A stretch of DNA of 64,000 nucleotides from an uncultured delta proteobacterium. GTDB taxonomy: Bacteria > Myxococcota_A > UBA9160 > UBA4427. The notes beneath the pieces were generated by a model. The model was not told where the DNA came from. It ran no database searches and saw only the letters and a list, made by a program, of their open reading frames with translations. Shown piece after piece: positions 8,927 to 18,860 of this stretch. Every line of letters begins with the position of its first letter. Position 1 is the first letter of the stretch. The stretch is from contig CAWGJT010000005.1 of assembly GCA_963822965.1 (NCBI GenBank), positions 928,001-992,000 of the forward strand. The letters run 5' to 3'. Position numbers and translations under genes: made by a program.

Positions 8927-10387
8927 TCAGCGGTGGGCGGCGTGCCGGCCTGCCCGGCGGCCGAAGAAGGTGCCCTCGCCGATGCAGGTCCCGCTCGAGT
9001 AGCCGAGCCCGTCCTGGGCGATGTTCGACGCGCAGCCGCCGGCGGCGTACAGCCCCTCGATCACGCTGCCGTCCGGGCGCACCACCTGGCCGTCGATCGT
9101 GACGCGCAGGCCACCCAGGGGAAAGCCCACGTAGGTCGCCTTGCCGACGGACATGTCGAGAGCCGCGTACGGCGGGTGGGTGAGCGGCACCAGCCACTTC
9201 GCCGCCTTGTGGAACTCCGGGTCCTCGCCGCGGGCGGCGTGGGTGTTGTAGTCGGCGATGGTCTTCTGCAGCGAGCCCTCGGGCATGCCCAGGTCGCGCT
9301 CCATCTCGGCCACGTCGTCCCAGGCGTCCACGAGCTCCTGCCAGCCGAACAGGGGACGGGCGAAGAACGAGTCGTCGGCGATCAGGTACGCCACGCCGTC
9401 CGGCTGCTCGGTGCAGCGGATGCTGGTCTTCGAGTGGTAGGAGTCCTCGTTGATGAAGCGCCTGCCCTGCTTGTTCACCAGGATGCCCTTGATGAGCTGC
9501 TCCGGCGGGTAGAAGGGCGACGTGAGCAGGGCGCCGTCCATGTGGTCGCAGACGCCGCCGGCGGCCTCGCCGAGCAGGTGTCCGGCGCCGTCGTCGAACG
9601 TCGAGCCCTGCTTCTGGATGCGGTCGTCGGCCAGGCGGGGGCAACGCTCCTGGATGAGCTTCTCGTTCATGCCGAACTGGCCCGAGGCCAGGATCACGCC
9701 CTTCCGGGCGCGGGCCGTGCGATCGCCCTCGGCGGTCCGGTAGCGGACGCCGACGATGCGCTCGCCGTCGCGGACGAGATCCCGGACCGCCGCGTCGTAG
9801 CGGATGCGAACGCCCAGCTTCTGCGCGCAGTCGACGAGCTTCTCGATCAGCTTGGCGCCGCCCGCCTCGCCCTCCATGGCCACCTTGTGGCCCCGGGGCG
9901 CCGGCTTCGACTTCTCGCTGAAGGGCCAGGCGGCCTCGTTGCCCGACTCGATCAGGCATTCGCTGGTCATCTGCACGACGTTCTTCTCGCGGTGCCAGCT
10001 GTCCTCGAAGGGAACGCCGTGGGCCACGAGCCAGTCGAAGTGGGCAACGCTCTCGTCGCAGTAGAGGCGGATCTTGGCCTCGTCGGGCTCCGGGGTGTTG
10101 GCCAACAGGTAGGTGTACATGTCCTCGACGGTGTCCTCGACGCCCACCGCCTTCTGGACCCGGGTGCCGCCGCCCATGTAGATGTGGCCCGCCGCGGACG
10201 CGGTGAGCCCGCCCGCGCCGCTGGCGCGCTCGAGCGCGAGCACCGAGGCGCCGGCCTCGGCGGCCTCGATGGCCGCGCAGCCGCCCGCCGAGCCGACGCC
10301 GACGACGACGACGTCCGCCTCCTCGTCCCAGCTCTCCACCGTGGCGGCGTCGACGACGCCGTACTGCTTCGCGCTCTCGGAGCCCAT
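8927..10387 (-). CDS. FAD-binding dehydrogenase, 3-ketosteroid Delta4-(5alpha)/Delta1-dehydrogenase-like
   Basis: 'DVVVVGVGSAG', 'RFINEDSYH' and 'GLYAAGGCASNIAQDGLGYSSGTCIGEGTFFGRRAG'. Confidence 0.85.
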   Translation of the reverse strand: MGSESAKQYGVVDAATVESWDEEADVVVVGVGSAGGCAAIEAAEAGASVLALERASGAGGLTASAAGHIYMGGGTRVQKAVGVEDTVEDMYTYLLANTPEPDEAKIRLYCDESVAHFDWLVAHGVPFEDSWHREKNVVQMTSECLIESGNEAAWPFSEKSKPAPRGHKVAMEGEAGGAKLIEKLVDCAQKLGVRIRYDAAVRDLVRDGERIVGVRYRTAEGDRTARARKGVILASGQFGMNEKLIQERCPRLADDRIQKQGSTFDDGAGHLLGEAAGGVCDHMDGALLTSPFYPPEQLIKGILVNKQGRRFINEDSYHSKTSIRCTEQPDGVAYLIADDSFFARPLFGWQELVDAWDDVAEMERDLGMPEGSLQKTIADYNTHAARGEDPEFHKAAKWLVPLTHPPYAALDMSVGKATYVGFPLGGLRVTIDGQVVRPDGSVIEGLYAAGGCASNIAQDGLGYSSGTCIGEGTFFGRRAGRHAAHR

Positions 10388-10506
10388 CGCTTCTCCTCGC
10401 CCCACCGCTCGCCGTGGCGGGGCTCGTCCGGGGCTCCGGATTGTAGTCGCTGAGGCCGCAGCGCGTGATCGCGTGGCGGGCACGCCCGCGCGCGGCTGAG
10501 GCCGGT

Positions 10507-10701
10507 TCAGTGCAGCCGGCTGCGCCAGGTCACCGCCGCGTCGCGCAGCGCGCCGCCCAGTGAATCGTGGGAGCGCTTCTTCGCCTTGCCGTCGCGAGAG
10601 TCCTCGACGACGTAGCTCCGCTTCCGGGTGTCCTGCTTCACGCGAACGGTGCGACCCTTGTCGCGAAGTCGAAGGCCGAAGGTGAGCGGTCTGCAAGCCA
10701 T
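10507..10701 (-). CDS. Small basic hypothetical protein (64 aa)
   Basis: ATG with AGGAG RBS. MACRPLTFGLRLRDKGRTVRVKQD...WRSRLH fills an otherwise empty gap. Confidence 0.6.
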   Translation of the reverse strand: MACRPLTFGLRLRDKGRTVRVKQDTRKRSYVVEDSRDGKAKKRSHDSLGGALRDAAVTWRSRLH

Positions 10702-10837
10702 GGTGGATCTCCTGTCTCCGGGTTCCGGCTCGTTCGGGGAGATCCCGGCCGGCTGTCCACCCACGGATCGGCTCGCTTCGCGATTCCTTGAGAGAATTCG
10801 ACGAGATGCGGCGAACGAAATGCGCGCTCATGAGAGT

Positions 10838-10853
10838 GTGGTAGAAATACCAC
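10838..10853. promoter_or_regulatory. Palindrome GTGGTA-GAAA-TACCAC (operator or GNRA hairpin) in divergent promoter region
   Basis: Perfect 6+6 inverted repeat in a locally AT-rich intergenic region. Confidence 0.5.
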
Positions 10854-10879
10854 TCCATCTTTGCCGCGGCTCGCAGGCC

Positions 10880-10895
10880 CGGTACGGATCTTGCG
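10880..10895 (+). promoter_or_regulatory. Putative sigma-54 promoter upstream of tamAB
   Basis: CGGTACG-GATC-TTGCG has GG-N10-GC spacing, about 57 bp before the ATG at 10953. Confidence 0.5.
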
Positions 10896-10952
10896 GCCGT
10901 CTCACGTCTCTCGCGTCCCCTTCGTGTCGAGGAATCCGGTCCCATCGCCCCC

Positions 10953-12843
10953 ATGCCCGCGCCCGCCGACATCGCCACGCGGCTCCGCCGTCTGCTGCTC
11001 GTGCTGCCGTGGCTGCTGGGGGCCGCGGCGCCCGCGCGCGCGGAGGTCGACGAGCCGCGCGTCGCGAAGCTCACCCTCGAGGGCGTTCACGCGATCGACG
11101 AGGACGAGATCCTGAAGGGGATCCTCACCTCGAAGCCCGACTGGCGGCCGTGGCGCCCGCTGCCCGTGTTCGACGAGGCCTACCTCGAGGACGATCTCGA
11201 CCGCATCGCGACGCATCTACCAGGATCACGGCTACTACGACGCGACGGCCGAGTCGTCCGTCACCTGGAACGACGAGCACGACGAGGCGCGCATCGTGAT
11301 CACCGTGAGCGAGGGCGAGCCCGTGCGGCTCGAGAGCTGGCAGCTCGAGGCCCCGGCGAGCCCCGGACTGCCCGCCCGACTATCCCGACGGGCTGCTCGC
11401 CCTCCTGCCAGCGCCCGGCTCGGTGTTCGGAGTGGACGTCTACCGGCAGTGTCCGGCAGGAGGTACTCGGGCGCATGGCGGATCTCGGGCACCCCACGGC
11501 CTCCCTCGACGGCGGGGCGGACGTGGACACGGCGAGCCACAGCGCGAGCGTGCAGTGGACCCTGCACGTCGGCCCGACGGTGCGCGTCGGCGCAATCCGC
11601 ATCGCGGGGCTCGTCGACGTCGAGGAGCGCGTGGTGCGGCGCGAGCTCGTCATCGCTCCGGGCGACCGCTTCTCGCGGAAGGAGCTCGTCGACCGCAGCC
11701 AGCGGCGGGTGTTCGACACCGGCCTCTTCCGCTCGGTCACCGTCGTAGCCGATGGAGAGCGACGCCGCGAAGGCCGAGGCCGAGGCCACCGCCGACGACG
11801 CGCTGCACGAGGTCGTCTGGCCCCTCGAGGTGCGCGTGGTGGAGCGCGCGCCGCGCACCTTCTCGGTGGGCGTCGGCTACGGCACCGAGGACGAGTTCCG
11901 GGCCCGCATCGACTGGACCCACCGCGACTTCCTGGGCAACGGACGCAGGCTCGACGTCGGCGGCAAGTACTCGTCGCTGGTGATGGGCGGCGAGGTGACC
12001 CTCAGCCAGCCGTGGTTCCTGCACCCGTGGATCCAGGACCCGCTCGGCCTCTCCGTGGCGCTCAAGGCCGTGCGCGAGACGCCCCGCGCCTACGCGGCGA
12101 ACCGCTTCGGCGAGAGCGTCGAGCTCACTCGCTACCTCGGCTACGACTTCACCCTGCGCTTCGGCCAGGCGTTCGAGTGGGCGGACGTCACCTCCCAGAA
12201 GGTCGACCCCGATCTCGACGTCGACCTGCCCGACAAGGCGCGACTGCACACCCTGCCCTTCGGCCTGCGCTACAGCCACCTCGACGATCCCATCACTCCG
12301 ACCCTGGGTGCGTGGCTCGACTTCTCGGTCGAGCCGTCGTTCGAGGCGATCGGCTCCGACGTCGACTACGTGAAGCTCGTCGGCGAGGCCCGGGGCTTCG
12401 TGCCGCTCGGGCCCGTGGTGCTCGCGGCCCGCTACCGCATGGGCACCCTGGAGCCCTTCCGCGACACCGACAACGTGGACATCCCCAAGTTCAAGCGCTT
12501 CTACGCGGGTGGCAGCACGTCGGTGCGGGGCTTCGGCTACCAGAAGCTCGGCCCGCTGGACGAAGAGGGCAATCCGCTCGGCGGCCTGTCCTGGGCGGAG
12601 GGCTCGATCGAGCTGCGCATCCCCATCTGGAGGAAGCTCTCGGGGGTCGTCTTCTCGGACGCCGGCCAGGTGAACCCGCGCCCCTCGGACTGGCGCACCC
12701 ACGACATCTACTACTCGAGCGGACTGGGGCTGCGGCTCGGCACGCCGGTGGGTCCGCTGCGGTTCGACGTGGCGCGAATCTACAATCCGCCGCACGGGAT
12801 CGACCGCTACGGGTTCTACGTCTCCGTGGGAAACGCGTTCTGA
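10953..12843 (+). CDS. tamA: Omp85 family TamA/BamA outer membrane protein; frameshifted in the POTRA region
   Basis: Signal peptide, POTRA fragments in several frames (shifts about 11215-11750), 'RFYAGGSTSVRGFGY', 'GLGLRLGTPVGPLRFD' and terminal 'VSVGNAF'. Confidence 0.85.
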
Positions 12844-15800
12844 TGGCCCGCGAATCCGAAACGACGTCCGCGCGAAGGGGCGGAGTGCTCCGGAAGCTCA
12901 CCTGGTCGCTGGGGACGGCAGTGGCCGTGGTGCTGCTCGCCATCTCGCTGCTCGTGGCGGGCGCCGTCACCATCTCCCGCGGATGGCAACGCGCAACCCT
13001 CGTGGCGGAGATCGAGAAGCGACTGGGCGACGCGCTCGGCACGGAGGTGCACGTCGACGCGCTGCGCGGGCCGCTGGTTCCGAGCTTCGAGGCCCTCGGT
13101 GTCCGCGTCGGCCCGGCCGGCAGCGAGCTGGCCCGGGCGCGCCGGATCGTGGTGCACTGGGACGCCGGGACCCTCGTCGCGGACCGCCGACTGGTGATCG
13201 ACGAGATCGAGATCGAGGGTCTCGATCTCGTGCTGCGATACGAACCGACCGGCGGATGGAACCTACCCCGACCGGCGGCCGGGCCGGCGAGCGAGCCGGC
13301 GTCCGGCGAGGGGGCCGACCCGCTGCCCGTCTCCGTGTCCCTGGGCCGGGTGCACGTCGTCGACTCCCACATCGACCTGACCTGGACCTCGCCCGACAGC
13401 ACGGGAGCGCTCGCCGGTGGCTTCGGCGCCACGGTGCGGGACGTCTTCGTCCCGGCTTCGCTCGCGCCGGTGACCTGGGGAACGGGCTCGCTGCAGCTCG
13501 GCGTCGAGCGGGGCCAGCTCGGAGACACGCGGGTCGAGCGCGGCGGCCTCGAGGCCAACCTCGACGCCTTGCACTTCCTGCAGGTCACCGCCGTGGGTGC
13601 CGGTGGCTTCGGCGAGATCGGGCTCAGCGGGCGCGGCGACCTCGACGCCTGGCTCGCCGGCCGGGGCGACCCGGGGACGCGCGTCGATCTGGCCTTCGAC
13701 GCGCTGGACGTCGCCGCCCTGATCGGACGCAAGGAGCCCGAGACCCGGCTCGTGGGTCGCGCCGAGCTGGGGGTGGGAGCGCGCACCGGTGCCGGAGGCG
13801 CACCCGAGCTCCTCTTCGACGCCCGCCTCGAGCCGTCCCGGCTGGGAAGCGTCCCGATCTCGCGCGCCCGCCTGCGCGGGTCGCTGCTGGACCGGGCCTG
13901 GCGCCTCGAGCACCTGCTGGTCGAAGGAGAAGGCGTGTCGGTCCGCGGCTCGGCGGCAGGGCTGGCGGACGAGCTCCAGGCGGTGGACGTCGCGGCCCGC
14001 ATCGAGCGACTCGACCGTCTGGCGAGCTGGCTTCCCGGCGCGGAGGGACGCGAAGCCGCACGGCAGCTCGCGGGCGGCGTGTCGCTGGAGCTGCACCTGG
14101 CCGACCCGGCCGGCCGGGCGAACGGCTCCGTCGCCCTGGACGGAACGGATCTCGCGTGGAGAGGCGTCGCGGTGGGAGACGTGGCCCTGCGCGCCCGCAT
14201 CGAGGCCGGCGAGCGCGCCGTGGTGGAACGATTCGCGCTGCGGGGCGACCGCCTGTCCCTCGACGTCGACCCGGGCGCCGTGCTGCGACGTGCCGGCCCG
14301 GCGCTGTCCGACGGCGTGGTCGTCGAGGGGCTCCGCGTGCGTTCGGACGGGGCCGTCCTGGACGTCGACGGGGGTGTGAGCGCCGACGCCGCGCGCGACC
14401 TGCGCCTTCGCCTGGCGGGTCTCGCCCTCGCGCGTCTGGGCGAGCTCGAAGGCATCGCCAGGCCAACCGCCGGCCGCGTCGACGCGACGGTCACCCTCGA
14501 CGGCCCGTTCCCGCAGCCGGCAGCGACCGGCTGGCTCGAGCTGCAGGACGGCGCCGCACAGGTGCCCGCGCTGGGCGAGACGTTCGCGCCCATCGCGGCC
14601 CGGCTGCGCCTCGAGGACGAGACGCTCTTCGTCGAACGGATCACGGTGGGGCCGCCCGGCGAGCGCGCCGAGGTGAGCGGGCGGGTGGCGGTTCCCGGGC
14701 TGCGTCCGGGCCGGGCCGACCTCCACCTGCAGGTGGCCGAGTTCCCGCTCACCCGGGTTCCCCTGCCCAGCGGCCTGGGCGGCGAGGAACCCGGGGCACC
14801 GCCCACCACGGTGGCCACCGGCGGCCACGTCGACGCCGACCTCACCCTGACGGGACCGCTGCTGGCGCCGACCGTCACCGGCGACCTCGACTGGACGCGG
14901 CCCCGCTGGGAGGACGTCCAGCTCGACCGCATCACCCTGCACGTCGAGGGAGACGGTCGGCGCGTCGAAGGCTCCGCCCGCATGCGCTACGAGGGGAGCG
15001 AGATCCTGCACGCTCGGGCCAGCCTGCCGATTCCCGCCGATCCCCGGAAGCCCCTCGACTGGCTGCACGAAGAGAGCGCGCACATCGAGGTGACGGGCGA
15101 TTCCCTCGACTTCGCGCTCCTGCAGCCGTTCCTCACCCGGCTCGTCCGCGAGCCCCGCGGCACCGCGAACGTGAAGCTCGTGATCGACGGAGGCCGTCCG
15201 GAGCCCCGGGTCGACGGCCTCGTGACCGTCTCCGACGGCTCGCTCCGGGTACCCCTCCTGCGGCGGACCTTCGAGCCCGTCTCGGGCCGCGCCCGCTTCG
15301 ACGGCCGCCGGGTGTCGCTCGAATCCCTCTCCATCGGCACCGCCGACGCGGGTCTCTTCGCCGAGGGCGACCTCGAGCTGACCGACCTGCGGCCCGAGCG
15401 CATCGATCTCGAAGTCCGCCTCGACCACTTCCCGATCTCGCGCTCCTCGCTGCTGGAGGCGGACATCGACGGCCGGGTGGACCTGGACGGCCCCGTGGAC
15501 GCGCCGGCGCTCACCGGCAAGCTCACCCTCGAACACACCCGCGTGACGGTCCGCAGCGAGCGAGACGCCGTCTACAAGGAGGTGCGCGTGCGGGCGACGG
15601 GCAGCGAGGCCCAGCTCCGGGAGCGGCCTCGCGGCGGCCCCGACCTGCTGGACCGCGCCTCCGTCGACCTCGCGCTCACCGTGCCGGGGAACACCTGGAT
15701 TCGCAGCCCCGAGATCGAGCTCGACGTCTCGGGCTGGGCGCAGCTCGACAAGCGCTCCCTCGAGCCGCTCCACATCTCGGGCGAGCTCAGCACCCGACGC

Positions 15801-16370
15801 GGCACCGTGCGCCTCGTCGGCAAGCGCTTCGAGGTGCGCAAGGGCGATGCGGTGCTGGACGGCTCCTCGCAGCCCGACCCCATCCTCGACGTGACGGCCA
15901 CGCACCCGGTGGCGGACATCGTGATCGTCGCGCGCGTCACGGGCCGCCTCTCGGATCCCATCCTGCACCTCGAGAGCGAGCCGGCGCTGCCCGAAGAGGA
16001 GATCGTGTCGTATCTCTTCTTCGGGCGGCCCACGGACCAGCTCGCGGCGGGCGAGCAGGGCAGCGTGAGCACCGCCGCCGCGGGCATCGCCGCGGGCATG
16101 GCCCTCGACGAGCTGCGGGAGATCTTCGGCCACCAGCTCCCCGTCGACACCATCGACGTGCGCCTCAACGAGGGGGACGAGCCCTCGCGCGTCGAGGTCG
16201 GCAAGTACGTCACGAAGGACGTGTTCCTGCGCTACGGCCACACCTTCGGCAGCGAGAGCGTCGAGGAGGTCGGTGTCTCCTACCGCATCGACGAGCACTG
16301 GCGCGTCGAGAGCACCACCAGCAGCAACGCCGCCGCGGGCGCGGACGTGTACTGGACGATCGACTACTGA
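12843..16370 (+). CDS. tamB: Translocation/assembly module TamB domain protein
   Basis: TGATG coupling to tamA, N-terminal TM, beta-taco repeats, C-terminal DUF490-like 'LESEPALPEEEIVSYLFFG...VEVGKYVT..VFLRY...GADVYWTIDY'. Confidence 0.88.
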   Translation: MARESETTSARRGGVLRKLTWSLGTAVAVVLLAISLLVAGAVTISRGWQRATLVAEIEKRLGDALGTEVHVDALRGPLVPSFEALGVRVGPAGSELARARRIVVHWDAGTLVADRRLVIDEIEIEGLDLVLRYEPTGGWNLPRPAAGPASEPASGEGADPLPVSVSLGRVHVVDSHIDLTWTSPDSTGALAGGFGATVRDVFVPASLAPVTWGTGSLQLGVERGQLGDTRVERGGLEANLDALHFLQVTAVGAGGFGEIGLSGRGDLDAWLAGRGDPGTRVDLAFDALDVAALIGRKEPETRLVGRAELGVGARTGAGGAPELLFDARLEPSRLGSVPISRARLRGSLLDRAWRLEHLLVEGEGVSVRGSAAGLADELQAVDVAARIERLDRLASWLPGAEGREAARQLAGGVSLELHLADPAGRANGSVALDGTDLAWRGVAVGDVALRARIEAGERAVVERFALRGDRLSLDVDPGAVLRRAGPALSDGVVVEGLRVRSDGAVLDVDGGVSADAARDLRLRLAGLALARLGELEGIARPTAGRVDATVTLDGPFPQPAATGWLELQDGAAQVPALGETFAPIAARLRLEDETLFVERITVGPPGERAEVSGRVAVPGLRPGRADLHLQVAEFPLTRVPLPSGLGGEEPGAPPTTVATGGHVDADLTLTGPLLAPTVTGDLDWTRPRWEDVQLDRITLHVEGDGRRVEGSARMRYEGSEILHARASLPIPADPRKPLDWLHEESAHIEVTGDSLDFALLQPFLTRLVREPRGTANVKLVIDGGRPEPRVDGLVTVSDGSLRVPLLRRTFEPVSGRARFDGRRVSLESLSIGTADAGLFAEGDLELTDLRPERIDLEVRLDHFPISRSSLLEADIDGRVDLDGPVDAPALTGKLTLEHTRVTVRSERDAVYKEVRVRATGSEAQLRERPRGGPDLLDRASVDLALTVPGNTWIRSPEIELDVSGWAQLDKRSLEPLHISGELSTRRGTVRLVGKRFEVRKGDAVLDGSSQPDPILDVTATHPVADIVIVARVTGRLSDPILHLESEPALPEEEIVSYLFFGRPTDQLAAGEQGSVSTAAAGIAAGMALDELREIFGHQLPVDTIDVRLNEGDEPSRVEVGKYVTKDVFLRYGHTFGSESVEEVGVSYRIDEHWRVESTTSSNAAAGADVYWTIDY

Positions 16371-16431
16371 GGGGCGCTCGCACCCGCGGCGCGCATTCCC
16401 GCGTCGCCCGCATCGGGGCTAGAGTGGCCGT

Positions 16432-17457
16432 GTGAGCGGAAGCCACGAAGAGACCAGCTCCCTGCAAGAGGCCCTCGCCGGCGCCGTCGCCGCCCACCTG
16501 TGCGAGGTGCGCAGCATCACGGAGCCCCGGCGTCTCTCGGGCGGGGCCAGCCAGGAGACCTGGTCCTTCGATGCCCTGACCGGGGACGGTCCGCTGCCCC
16601 TCATCCTGCGGCGCAAGCCGGGGGGCGGGGTGGGCGACGCGCCGCTCTTGGGCTCGGCGATCCCGCTCGAGACCGAGGCGGCGCTGATCGATCTCGCCGC
16701 CGGCGCCAAGGTGCCGGTGCCCGGGGTGCGCTTCGTGCTGCGGCCCGAGGACGAACTCGGCTCCGGCTTCGTGATGGAACGGCTCGAGGGCGAGACCATC
16801 GCGCCCAGGATCCTGCGTGACGAGGCGCTGGCGGCGGTGCGGCCGCGCCTCGCGCGCGAGTGCGGCGAGATCCTGGCGCGCATCCACTCGCTGCCCCGAG
16901 AGCGGCTGCCGAAGCTCTCGGTCGCCGGCGCGCGCGAGCAGCTCGACCAGTACCGCAGCGTCTACGACCGCTTCGACGACCCGCGCCCGGTCTTCGAGCT
17001 GGCCTTCCGCTGGATCGAGGCCTGGACCGCGAGCCACCCCGAAGACCCGGCGACCTTCGGGCTCGTGCACGGCGACTTCCGCAACGGCAACCTCATGATC
17101 GCTCCGGACGGCGTCCGCGGTGTGCTCGACTGGGAGCTCGCCCACGTGGGCGACCCGATGGAGGACCTCGGCTGGATCTGCGTCAATTCCTGGCGCTTCG
17201 GCCGCATCGACCAGCCGGTGGGCGGCTTCGGCTCCCGCGAGGAGCTGGCGGCAGGCTACGAAGCCGCGGGCGGCGCACCCGTCGATCTCGAGCGGGTCCG
17301 CTTCTGGGAGATCCTCGGCACCCTCAAGTGGGGGATCATCTGCACCATGATGCTGTTCGCGTTCCGGACCGGAGGCGACCGCTCCGTCGAGCGCGCCGCC
17401 ATCGGCCGCCGCGCGTCCGAGACCGAGATCGACCTGCTGGCGCTGCTCGCGCCCTGA
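16432..17457 (+). CDS. Phosphotransferase family protein (ACAD10/11-like APH)
   Basis: 'LSGGASQETW', 'LVHGDFRNGN' and 'VLDWELAHVGDPMEDLGW'. Confidence 0.9.
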   Translation: MSGSHEETSSLQEALAGAVAAHLCEVRSITEPRRLSGGASQETWSFDALTGDGPLPLILRRKPGGGVGDAPLLGSAIPLETEAALIDLAAGAKVPVPGVRFVLRPEDELGSGFVMERLEGETIAPRILRDEALAAVRPRLARECGEILARIHSLPRERLPKLSVAGAREQLDQYRSVYDRFDDPRPVFELAFRWIEAWTASHPEDPATFGLVHGDFRNGNLMIAPDGVRGVLDWELAHVGDPMEDLGWICVNSWRFGRIDQPVGGFGSREELAAGYEAAGGAPVDLERVRFWEILGTLKWGIICTMMLFAFRTGGDRSVERAAIGRRASETEIDLLALLAP

Positions 17458-17494
17458 GCGGTCAGCGCCCCGCTGGGGCGCCGACCTGCAACCT

Positions 17495-17519
17495 GAGGAC
17501 AACGCTGAGCGTTGTCCTC
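17495..17519. repeat. Perfect 25-bp palindrome immediately before the RBS of the DUF6285 gene
   Basis: GAGGACAACGCT-G-AGCGTTGTCCTC, with a second GC hairpin at 17460-17486. Confidence 0.75.
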
Positions 17520-17532
17520 TTGGGAGGAGCCC

Positions 17533-17922
17533 ATGTACGACCCCCCGAGCACGGCCGAGCTGGTGACCGCGGTTCGCGAGTTCCTCGAGGAGCAGGCGAT
17601 GCCGCGTCTCGAGGGACGCACGGCCTTCCACGCCCGCGTCGCTGCCAACGCACTGGCCATCGTGGCGCGCCAGCTCGAGCTGGGGCCGGCCGCCGAGGCC
17701 GCCGAGCACGAGCGCCTGGTGGCGTTGCTGGGCCGGGACGGCAGCCTCGACTCGCTCACCCGGGAGCTCTGCCAACGCATCCGCGCCGGCGAGATCGGCC
17801 TGGAATCCTCCGCGCTCGTGAGCCACCTGCGCACCACCACCCTCGACAAGCTCGCGGTCGACCAGCCGAGATATGCGGGCTACCGGCGCGCCCTCGAGCA
17901 GGACCGTGCGAGCGGCGAGTAG
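17533..17922 (+). CDS. DUF6285-like protein (usual partner of APH/acyl-CoA dehydrogenase clusters)
   Basis: 'D.PST.ELV.AVREFL', 'FHARVAANAL.IV.R.L' and 'KLAVDQPRY'. Confidence 0.8.
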   Translation: MYDPPSTAELVTAVREFLEEQAMPRLEGRTAFHARVAANALAIVARQLELGPAAEAAEHERLVALLGRDGSLDSLTRELCQRIRAGEIGLESSALVSHLRTTTLDKLAVDQPRYAGYRRALEQDRASGE

Positions 17923-17984
17923 CGAGCCACCCCGAACCCGCGCAGCACGTGGCTGCGAACGAACATGGAGAGGAGACCCCCGCG

Positions 17985-18815
17985 ATGGAAACGAGCGTCG
18001 TGCTCATCGACGACCCCGCACCGCAGATCCGGCGCATCACCCTGAACCGGCCCGAGAAGCGCAACGCGCTGAACCACGCCCTGCGCGGCGGCGTCCTGCG
18101 GGCCCTGCAGGAGGCCGACCAGGACCCGGAAGTGCGCGTCATGATCGTGCGCGGCGCCGGCAAGTGCTTCTCGTCGGGCTACGAGCTCGGCGGCGGCAAC
18201 GAGGGCCAGGAGCTGCCCTGGTACACCCCGGGCGGTGACGGCCAGTGGCCGCGGCACGTGACCCAGGGCTGGATGAGCATCTGGGAGCTCGGCAAGCCCG
18301 TGATCGCCCAGGTGCACGGCTACTGCCTGGCCGGGGGCAGCGAGCTCGCCACCTGCTGCGACCTCGTCTACATGGCCGACGACGCGCAGATGGGATACCC
18401 GGCGGTCCGCTTCGGCGTGCCCGACAACCACTTCCACGCCTGGTTCGTCGGCATGCGCAAGGCGATGGAGATGATGTTGACCGGCGACTCGATCGACGGG
18501 GTCGAGGCGGCGCGCCTGGGCTGGGCGAACGCGTCGTTCCCGGCCGCCGAGCTGGAGGAGCGCGTGCTCGACGTCGCCCGCCGCATCGCGACCGTGCCGC
18601 CCGACCTGGTGCAGCTCAACAAGCGGGTCGTGCACCGACAGATGGAGATCATGGGTCTGCACACCGGCATCCGCGCGGGATCCGAGCTGTGCGCCCTGGG
18701 CACGCACCAGAAGAGCATGCACGAGTTCCTGGCGCAGACCCGCGAGAAGGGGCTCACCCGGGCCCTGCAGGAGCGGGACCAGCCCTTCGGCGACTACCGC
18801 ACGAAGAAGGACTGA
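17985..18815 (+). CDS. Enoyl-CoA hydratase/isomerase family protein
   Basis: 'ITLNRPEKRNAL' and 'KPVIAQVHGYCLAGGSELATCCDL'. Confidence 0.92.
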   Translation: METSVVLIDDPAPQIRRITLNRPEKRNALNHALRGGVLRALQEADQDPEVRVMIVRGAGKCFSSGYELGGGNEGQELPWYTPGGDGQWPRHVTQGWMSIWELGKPVIAQVHGYCLAGGSELATCCDLVYMADDAQMGYPAVRFGVPDNHFHAWFVGMRKAMEMMLTGDSIDGVEAARLGWANASFPAAELEERVLDVARRIATVPPDLVQLNKRVVHRQMEIMGLHTGIRAGSELCALGTHQKSMHEFLAQTREKGLTRALQERDQPFGDYRTKKD

Positions 18816-18860
18816 TCCGACCCGGAGTGGGTCGGCTCGAACCCGAGACGAGATTCGGAC

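Noticed and set aside
10953..16370. 1805-aa ORF suggesting a TamA-TamB fusion
   Set aside because: The TamA barrel is encoded in another frame (11752-12843) with its own stop and a terminal Phe. The middle of the long ORF is Arg/Gly-rich off-frame text created by frameshifts.
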